NCBI GenBank assembly: GCA_031367385.1
Contig: JANLPS010000482.1
Span: 1 to 14,639, forward strand
From: Archangium sp.
GTDB lineage: Bacteria; Myxococcota; Myxococcia; Myxococcales; Myxococcaceae
Length of the DNA: 14,639 bases
Reading direction: 5' to 3'
The notes beneath the pieces were generated by a model. It was given only the letters and a program-made list of their open reading frames with translations, did not search any database and was not told where the DNA came from. Below, piece by piece: positions 9,087-14,639 of this stretch (the stretch's first letter is position 1; each line of letters begins with the position of its first letter). The position numbers were made by a program, and so were the translations under genes.

Positions 9087-9836
9087 TTAGCCGCCATCGC
9101 GTGAAGCGGGCGGCTTCTCGTCGGGCTCTTTGCGCCGAAAGATCATCGCGGCGTAGGTCACGCCCGACTTGCCACCCAGCGAGCGATGCAGGGCGATTTC
9201 ATCACGCAGCGTGCGCGCCGCGGCGGAGTCTTGGCCTTTGGTGAGCACCATCTCCAGCTCGCGGTAATAGTCTTCGAGCTCGAGCTCTCCGGCCGACTCG
9301 ACCATCTCGGGCTCGAAGCCCTGGGCCTCGACCGAGAGCAACGCATCTCGGGGCAGCAGCAGGGGAGCGCCCAGGCGGGCCTCCCACGCGCTCAAGGCTT
9401 CAGCGGCCGGTGAACGGCCCACCTTGACGACCGTGGTGATCGCCGCTCGGCCACGCGGGGCAAGCCACGTGCGCCAGGTCGCGGCGACGTCGGCCAACGT
9501 GCCTACGACTCGGCCGAACGAGAAGATGCCATCGAAGCTGCCGACGCCGAACGACGAGCCGGCGGCGTGCTGGTTCAAGAAGGTGACCTTGTCGAGCATG
9601 CCCGCGGCCTTGGCGCGCTCGCGCAAGGCGTCGATGACGCGGGTGTCGGGCTCGACCACGGTCAGGGTGCAGTTGAGGGCCTTCGAGAGCGCCAGGCCGC
9701 CAAGGCTGCCGTGAAACTCGAGCAGCCGCACCGACGCGTTCCAGTGCGCGTTGTTGGCGAAGCGCCGCAGCAACGACTCCGTCTGAAAGAGCCGTCGCGC
9801 CTCAGGTGGGAGATACAGCGGAAACGAGTCGGCCAT
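9087..9836 (-). CDS. Class I SAM-dependent methyltransferase-like protein (degenerate motif I)
   Basis: 249 aa. Rossmann-like order: VRLLEFHGSLGG, TLTVVEPD, LRERAKAAGMLDKVTF, FGVGSFDGIFSFG, WRTWLAPRGRAAI. Confidence 0.75.
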   Translation of the reverse strand: MADSFPLYLPPEARRLFQTESLLRRFANNAHWNASVRLLEFHGSLGGLALSKALNCTLTVVEPDTRVIDALRERAKAAGMLDKVTFLNQHAAGSSFGVGSFDGIFSFGRVVGTLADVAATWRTWLAPRGRAAITTVVKVGRSPAAEALSAWEARLGAPLLLPRDALLSVEAQGFEPEMVESAGELELEDYYRELEMVLTKGQDSAAARTLRDEIALHRSLGGKSGVTYAAMIFRRKEPDEKPPASRDGG

Positions 9837-9871
9837 CGGTCACTGCGCCTTACACAACTTGGGGAGTGCTG

Positions 9872-10171
9872 TCACAGGTAGTAAACGATGCGCTTTTCCT
9901 TGTGGAGCTGCGCATAGATGTTCTTTCGCTGCTCTTCTGAGAGCAGATACACCGACACCGTCAACGAGACGTAGGTGTTCTTGGTCGACACGTTCTCGGA
10001 GATCGAGTCGAGCGAGACCTCGGTGCCCATCAGCCGGCTGAACAACTGGCGCACGTACTCCCGAAAGCCGTGCTCGAGCTTGCCCATGACCTTGAAGGCA
10101 TAGACCGTGGGGTACTCGATGAGCGGCGGCGGAGGTTTGGGCGCTTCGGGGTCGGCTGGTTCGTCTGACAT
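9872..10171 (-). CDS. DUF493 / YbeD-family protein
   Basis: 99 aa. LIEYPTVYAFKVMG...STKNTYVSLTVSVYLLSEEQRKNIYAQL...IVYYL matches the YbeD pattern. Confidence 0.88.
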   Translation of the reverse strand: MSDEPADPEAPKPPPPLIEYPTVYAFKVMGKLEHGFREYVRQLFSRLMGTEVSLDSISENVSTKNTYVSLTVSVYLLSEEQRKNIYAQLHKEKRIVYYL

Positions 10172-10183
10172 GAGGTGTTGGCT

Positions 10184-11506
10184 TTAGAGCAAGTTGGTGG
10201 CCACTTCGGCCAGAGCGCTGCGTTCACCCTTCGACATGGTGATGTGCCCAGCGATCTTCTCGGTTTTGAAGCGATTGACGACGTGCACCAGACCGTTGTT
10301 GGTCGAGTCGACGTACGGGTTGTCGATTTGGTACGGGTCGCCGGTGAGCACGATCTTCGTGTTGTCACCAACGCGGGTGACGATGGTCTTCACCTCGTGC
10401 GGCGTCAGATTCTGCGCCTCGTCGACGATGATGAACTGGTTGGGTATCGAGCGGCCGCGAATGTAGGTCAGCGGCTCGATCTCGACGATGCCGAGGTCCA
10501 TCAGCTCGTGGTACCCGCGGCCAGCCTTCTTGTCGGTGCGGCTCAGGTTGAGCAGAAATTCGACGTTGTCGAAGATCGGCTGCATCCACGGGTTGAGCTT
10601 CTCTTCGACTGAGCCGGGCAAATACCCGATGTCTCTGCCGAGGGGGAAGATGGGGCGGCTGACCAGGAGCTTCTGGTACATCGCCTCTTCGGTCACCTTC
10701 TGCAGCCCTGCGGCGATCGCCATCAGCGTCTTGCCGGTGCCGGCCTTGCCGACGATGGTGACCAGCTTGATGTCGTCGTTGAGGAGCAGGTCGATGAGAA
10801 AGGTCTGCTCCATGTTGCGGGCGCGAACGCCCCAGACCCCTTCTTTGGCCTGGCGGTTGAGTGGCACCACGCGCTTGCGCTCGAGGTCGTAGCGGCCCAT
10901 CGCGGTGTGCGAGGGGTTCGCAACGTCTTTGAAGAGCACGAACTGGTTGGCGACCAGCTGGTCGATCTCAGGCACGTCGACTTCGGCGCCCGGGCGGTAG
11001 AGCTGGTTGATCACCTCGGCCGAGACCAGGCGCTCGGCGATGCCCGAGTAGAGCTCTGAAATCTCGACCCGCTCGGGCTCGAAGTCTTGCGAGATCAACC
11101 CCAAGGCGTCGGCGCGAATGCGCAGGTTGGTGTCTTTGGTGATGAACACCGTTTGCGCTTCAGGGTCTTTCTTTCGAACCTCGATCGCGGTGGCGAGAAT
11201 GCGGTTGTCCATCAGCCCGCCGTCGGCCATCGACTTGGGCAAGTCGTGCTCGACGAAGGCGACTTTGAGCAAGCCTAAGTTGGGCATCGGCACGCCCTCG
11301 GCGAGGGTGCCTTCTTGACGGTGTGCGTCGAGGTACCGGGCGACTTGCCGGGCGTTGCGGCCCAGCTCGCTCATGTCTTTCTTGAATTGGTCGAGCTCTT
11401 CGATGACGTAGATCGGTATGACGACCGTGTTGTCACCGAAGCTGTAGATCGAGCGTGGGTCGTGCAGCAGGACGTTGGTGTCGAGAACGAAGTTCTTCCG
11501 CGCCAA
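10184..11506 (-). CDS. PIN-PhoH (PhoH2/YlaK-like) protein: N-terminal PIN RNase + PhoH ATPase
   Basis: 440 aa, TTG start. PIN motifs FVLDTNVLLHDP, VIEELD, MDNRIL, FITKDTNLR. Walker A GKAGTGKT, IGYLPG, YIRGRS, Walker B IIVDEAQN, LTGDPYQID. Confidence 0.95.
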   Translation of the reverse strand: MARKNFVLDTNVLLHDPRSIYSFGDNTVVIPIYVIEELDQFKKDMSELGRNARQVARYLDAHRQEGTLAEGVPMPNLGLLKVAFVEHDLPKSMADGGLMDNRILATAIEVRKKDPEAQTVFITKDTNLRIRADALGLISQDFEPERVEISELYSGIAERLVSAEVINQLYRPGAEVDVPEIDQLVANQFVLFKDVANPSHTAMGRYDLERKRVVPLNRQAKEGVWGVRARNMEQTFLIDLLLNDDIKLVTIVGKAGTGKTLMAIAAGLQKVTEEAMYQKLLVSRPIFPLGRDIGYLPGSVEEKLNPWMQPIFDNVEFLLNLSRTDKKAGRGYHELMDLGIVEIEPLTYIRGRSIPNQFIIVDEAQNLTPHEVKTIVTRVGDNTKIVLTGDPYQIDNPYVDSTNNGLVHVVNRFKTEKIAGHITMSKGERSALAEVATNLL

Positions 11507-11562
11507 AAAGGCCCCCGGGGGGTGGTGGTGGTCAACCGTGTGGTGAGCGAAACGCCGGCTTC

Positions 11563-11568
11563 AGTATA
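11563..11568 (-). promoter_or_regulatory. Putative -10 element upstream of the PIN-PhoH gene
   Basis: TATACT on the minus strand in the 70-nt greB / phoH gap; no convincing -35. Confidence 0.4.
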
Positions 11569-11576
11569 GACGGGGC

Positions 11577-12128
11577 TTAAACGTAACGAATGGCGATGAT
11601 CGTGAAATCGACTTCGCCCTTGGGCCGGTTGACGGTGACCAGGTCGTTGACCCGCTTGCCGACCATCGCCTTGCCCACTGGAGAATCGATTGAAATGCGA
11701 CTGGTTTTGAGGTCGGTCTCGTCGGGGCCCACCAGCTGGTAGGTCACCTTGGTGCCGTCGTCGTCATTTTCGAGGGTGACGGTGGCTCCGAAGTAGACCT
11801 TCGACTCGTCTTTCTGCTCGGTGGGGTTGACGACGGTGAGCTTCTCGAGCCGCTTCTGCAGAAAGTGCATGCGGCGGTCGATTTCACGCAGCCGCTTCTT
11901 GCCGTACATGTACTCGGCGTTCTCAGACCGGTCGCCCATGGCGGCGGCGACCGAGACCTCGTTGGTGACCTTGGGCCGCTCGACCGAGAAGAGGTGCTTG
12001 AGCTCGGCGCGCAGCCGGTTGGCCCCCTCGACGGTGATGTAGAGCGACCCCTTCGGGGCTTCGACTTCTTCTTCCGCCTCTTCACCTGTCGAGAATTCGA
12101 GATCTTCGGGTTCAGACGACTTGCCCAT
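11577..12128 (-). CDS. greB: Transcription elongation factor GreB
   Basis: YITVEGANRLRAELKHL...ERPKVT...AAAMGDRSENAEYMYGKKRLREIDRR, VYFGATVTL, ISIDSPVGKAMVGK. The KKRLREIDRR segment is GreB-type. ATG 12128 is favoured (GAGGT 12 nt upstream); 12140 is the alternative start. Confidence 0.93.
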   Translation of the reverse strand: MGKSSEPEDLEFSTGEEAEEEVEAPKGSLYITVEGANRLRAELKHLFSVERPKVTNEVSVAAAMGDRSENAEYMYGKKRLREIDRRMHFLQKRLEKLTVVNPTEQKDESKVYFGATVTLENDDDGTKVTYQLVGPDETDLKTSRISIDSPVGKAMVGKRVNDLVTVNRPKGEVDFTIIAIRYV

Positions 12129-12189
12129 GGCGCCCCCCATACCTCGCGAGGGTTCCCTTGTGTCATCGATGTGCTATGGCCCCGCGCCA

Positions 12190-12774
12190 ATGACCCGGCT
12201 GCTGGCCATACCGATGGTGACCGCGCTGACGCTCTGTGCGTGCGCGAACGTCGACTATGTCGAGCTCGAGCCGGCATCGGTCACCTTCAAGCAGCCCAAC
12301 GAGAAGCGTTTTCTCGAAGCCAAGTGCATGTCACGGGCGGGGCAGCGCAACACGACGGCGTCGGTGACCTGGTCGGTCAAAGACGCGAAGATCGCCTCGG
12401 TTGATTCGAAGGGCGAGGTGAAGCCGCTGGCCTCAGGGCTGACCGAGGTCATCGCGCGGTACAGCGATTCGGTCGAGGCCCGGGCATTGGTGAATGTGTT
12501 GTTCACCGAAAGTATTTCTGTCGAACCGAAGAGCATAACTGTGACAGAAGGCGCGCCCGCGGTGCCGGTGAAGGTGACCAGCTTGGGGTTCGATGGGCGG
12601 GTGCTCGAGCCACGCAAGGCGACGATGGTGAGCAAAGACGCGAAGATCGCGCAGATCGTGAACGGTAATTCGATTCTCGGTCTGGATCCGGGGTCGGGGG
12701 TCGTCGTGGTGAGTGTCGACGGCAAAACAGCTGAAATTGCAGTGGTGGTCGAAGCGGAGAAGAAGTCGAAATAA
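12190..12774 (+). CDS. Lipoprotein with two Ig-like (Big_2/intimin-like) domains
   Basis: Start ATG 12190: MTRLLAIPMVTALTLCAC (lipobox-like). Two repeats: VELEPASVTF...VTWSVKDAKIASVDSKGEVKPLASG and ISVEPKSITV...SKDAKIAQIVNGNSILGLDPG. Confidence 0.8.
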   Translation: MTRLLAIPMVTALTLCACANVDYVELEPASVTFKQPNEKRFLEAKCMSRAGQRNTTASVTWSVKDAKIASVDSKGEVKPLASGLTEVIARYSDSVEARALVNVLFTESISVEPKSITVTEGAPAVPVKVTSLGFDGRVLEPRKATMVSKDAKIAQIVNGNSILGLDPGSGVVVVSVDGKTAEIAVVVEAEKKSK

Positions 12775-12780
12775 GTGTAC

Positions 12781-12853
<73 letters not shown>

Positions 12854-12884
12854 TTGCAGGTGTCGGTGAAAGCGTTGTCTAGAC

Positions 12885-12957
12885 GGCCCCATCGTCTAGA
12901 GGCCTAGGACGTGGCCCTTTCAAGGCTGAAACGCGAGTTCGAATCTCGCTGGGGTCA
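12885..12957 (+). tRNA. tRNA-Glu (anticodon TTC)
   Basis: GGCCCCA/TGGGGTC acceptor stem, anticodon loop CT-TTC-AA, T arm GCGAG-TTCGAAT-CTCGC. 73 nt; CCA not encoded. Confidence 0.97.
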
Positions 12958-12959
12958 CT

Positions 12960-13000
12960 CGAGAGGGCCAACCGGGCAACTGGTTGGCCCTTTCGGTTTT
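12960..13000 (+). terminator. Intrinsic terminator after the tRNA pair (possibly bidirectional)
   Basis: GAGAGGGCCAACCGG-GCAA-CTGGTTGGCCCTTTC: 15-bp stem with a GNRA loop, followed by GGTTTT. The converging CDS stops at 12999. Confidence 0.85.
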
Positions 13001-13835
13001 ACGGGTCCTTCATCACGGCGAAGAAGACGGCGCCCTGCCCTTCGGGGAGCTCGGCTCTGAACAGCCCGCGCGCGCCGATGCTGATGACGACGTGGCTGGC
13101 CAATGCCCAGGCGAAGCCCTCGTCGCAGTGAAAGTGGGCTTTCCACAGAGCAGCGAGACCGGCGGGCTCGAAGTCGGGCGCGCAGACTTTTCGAACTTTG
13201 TCGCAGACCGCGGGGTTGGCGTGCGGGTCGCCCCAGCTCCAGGCCCAGGTGAACGTATCAGGCAGGTACTGCCCCACGACCTGCACCGGCAGCACGAGCT
13301 TTTCACCCTGCTCGCGCTTGAGGCTGAGCTGCCCGGCCTCGGAGTCGAACGCGAAGCCGATGGTGGCCCCCAGGCGGTGCTCGAGGCGGTGTTGCAGGTC
13401 GTGAAAGGCCCGCTCGGTGCCCTCGATGGCGTCGAAGAGCGCGTCGGTGACGAGCAAGGCGTCGAGCTCGGCCAGGGTCAGGCGCGAGAACCACAGCGTC
13501 GACCCATCGGGCTTGAGCAACTTCCATTCTGCGAAGTCAGTGTCGCGCTCGACCCGCACGGCCCCTTGCGACCACGGCTTGCCGCCCTGGGTGACCATGC
13601 CAGCGAGCTCTGCCATCGCGTCTGAGAGGCGCTCGGCCTCGGTGCGGGGCTCGACGTGCAGGTTGGGTTTGGGCTTGGGGGCCTTGGTGCCTTCACCGCG
13701 GGTCGACAATTCGGTGACGCGCAGCACGCCGTTGATCGGCTCGAAGCGCATATCGACCGAGCGCCAGCCGGCGGGGGCCAGCAGCATCAGGCTGTCGTGC
13801 AGCGAGTAGAGCAACCCGGAGAAGGCTGAAGGCAT
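12999..13835 (-). CDS. DUF6882-like domain protein with extra N-terminal domain
   Basis: 278 aa with an AGAGGA SD. The C-terminal half FAFDSEAGQLSL...VQVVGQYLPDTFTWAWSWGDP...AWALASHVVISIGARGLFRA...VFFAV fits the DUF6882 pattern as I recall it. Confidence 0.7.
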   Translation of the reverse strand: MPSAFSGLLYSLHDSLMLLAPAGWRSVDMRFEPINGVLRVTELSTRGEGTKAPKPKPNLHVEPRTEAERLSDAMAELAGMVTQGGKPWSQGAVRVERDTDFAEWKLLKPDGSTLWFSRLTLAELDALLVTDALFDAIEGTERAFHDLQHRLEHRLGATIGFAFDSEAGQLSLKREQGEKLVLPVQVVGQYLPDTFTWAWSWGDPHANPAVCDKVRKVCAPDFEPAGLAALWKAHFHCDEGFAWALASHVVISIGARGLFRAELPEGQGAVFFAVMKDP

Positions 13836-13874
13836 TGGTCCTCTTGTGGCGCGTGTATCTCACTTCTGTTCGGC

Positions 13875-13903
13875 CTGACGCGCGGGTTTTCGGCTGCTAG
13901 ACC
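13875..13903 (+). promoter_or_regulatory. Putative sigma-70 promoter giving a leaderless fhs mRNA
   Basis: CTGACG-N17-TAGACC with an extended-10 TGn, 7 nt before ATG 13911; no SD. Confidence 0.55.
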
Positions 13904-13910
13904 CCCGCGC

Positions 13911-14639
13911 ATGCGCCCTATTCTCGACGTCGCGAAGTCGGTCGACCTGTCAGGTCACGACTTGCTTCAGTACGGCCCTCACCTGGCGAAGCTGTCGTGG
14001 CCGACGATGACACGGCTGCAGAAGGCCCCGATGAAGGGCAAGTTGGTGCTGGTGAGCGCGATGACTCCGACGAAGTACGGAGAGGGCAAGACCACGACGT
14101 CAATCGGCCTGACGCAGGGTTTGGTTCGGCGGGGGGTGCGGGCGATGGCGGCGCTGCGTGAGCCGTCGCTGGGGCCGGTGTTCGGAGCCAAGGGAGGCGG
14201 GACTGGCGGCGGCAAGGCCTCGCTCGAGCCAAGCGCGCGGCTGAACCTGCACTGCACCGGAGACCTGCACGCGATGACGGCCGCGAACAACCTGCTGGCG
14301 GCGCTGGTCGACAACGCGATTCACTTTGGGCAGCAGCAGTTCAAGACCGTCTCGTGGAAGCGCTGCATCGACATGAATGACCGCTTCTTGCGGCAGACGG
14401 TGATCGGGCTCGGCGGGCACGCGAATGGAGTGCCACGAGAAGATGGGTTCGACATCACGGCGGCCTCTGAGGTGATGGCGACGCTGTGTCTCTCGAATGA
14501 CGTGGCTGACTTGAAACAGCGCCTGGGCCGGCTGATCGTGGGCACCTCGCATCAGGGGGCTCCGGTGACGGCGGGTGACTTGCGAGCGGTGGGGGCGATG
14601 GCGGCGCTGCTGGGTGACGCGATGTTGCCGACGCTGGCG
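13911..14639 (+). CDS. fhs: Formate--tetrahydrofolate ligase (3'-truncated by window edge)
   Basis: Not in the ORF track; translated by hand. MRPILDVAK...YGPHLAKL...GKLVLVSAMTPTKYGEGKTTTSIGLTQGL...LREPSLGPVFGAKGGGTGGG...LNLHCTGDLHAMTAANNLLAA...WKRCIDMNDRFLR...REDGFDITAASEVMA. Confidence 0.97.
   Translation, partial: MRPILDVAKSVDLSGHDLLQYGPHLAKLSWPTMTRLQKAPMKGKLVLVSAMTPTKYGEGKTTTSIGLTQGLVRRGVRAMAALREPSLGPVFGAKGGGTGGGKASLEPSARLNLHCTGDLHAMTAANNLLAALVDNAIHFGQQQFKTVSWKRCIDMNDRFLRQTVIGLGGHANGVPREDGFDITAASEVMATLCLSNDVADLKQRLGRLIVGTSHQGAPVTAGDLRAVGAMAALLGDAMLPTLA

Noticed and set aside
12121..12189. Upstream start of the lipoprotein ORF at 12121
   Set aside because: It overlaps the greB start and would bury the signal peptide; ATG 12190 fits better.
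13836..13910. ZTP or THF riboswitch upstream of fhs
   Set aside because: Only 75 nt shared between divergent genes, no recognisable aptamer consensus, and the promoter appears to abut the ATG.
13918..14552. Minus-strand ORFs in the final 700 nt
   Set aside because: Antisense to the clearly recognisable fhs frame.
12940..14639. Integrated element at tRNA-Glu or tRNA-Lys
   Set aside because: No integrase or duplicated tRNA 3' end is visible; the terminator and housekeeping fhs follow directly.

Overview
High-GC bacterial chromosomal segment. It is most likely from a myxobacterium (Myxococcota), judging by a MYXO-CTERM sorting signal, the DnaK type and the gene content. The left 5.4 kb looks accessory. 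It holds a minus-strand three-gene operon: a secreted/outer-membrane beta-barrel-like protein, an ECF sigma factor, and a zinc-binding anti-sigma factor with TM, FecR-like and TPR-like domains that runs off the window. Head-to-head with this operon is a 794-aa DGG-rich, propeller-like MYXO-CTERM surface protein. The rest is mostly housekeeping: a stand-alone dnaK, a divergent DAG-kinase-family gene with a good sigma-54 promoter, a small hypothetical gene, a minus-strand run greB / PIN-PhoH / DUF493 / degenerate SAM methyltransferase, an Ig-like lipoprotein followed by tRNA-Lys(TTT) and tRNA-Glu(TTC), a DUF6882-like protein, and the 5' part of fhs. Two real CDSs are missing from the supplied ORF track because they cross the window edges: the anti-sigma (1227..<1, minus) and fhs (13911..>14639, plus). 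I saw no mobile element, CRISPR array or att duplication. The best candidate for an undescribed system is the trans-envelope ECF signalling module plus its divergent surface protein. Family calls come from motif recognition by eye, not from database searches.
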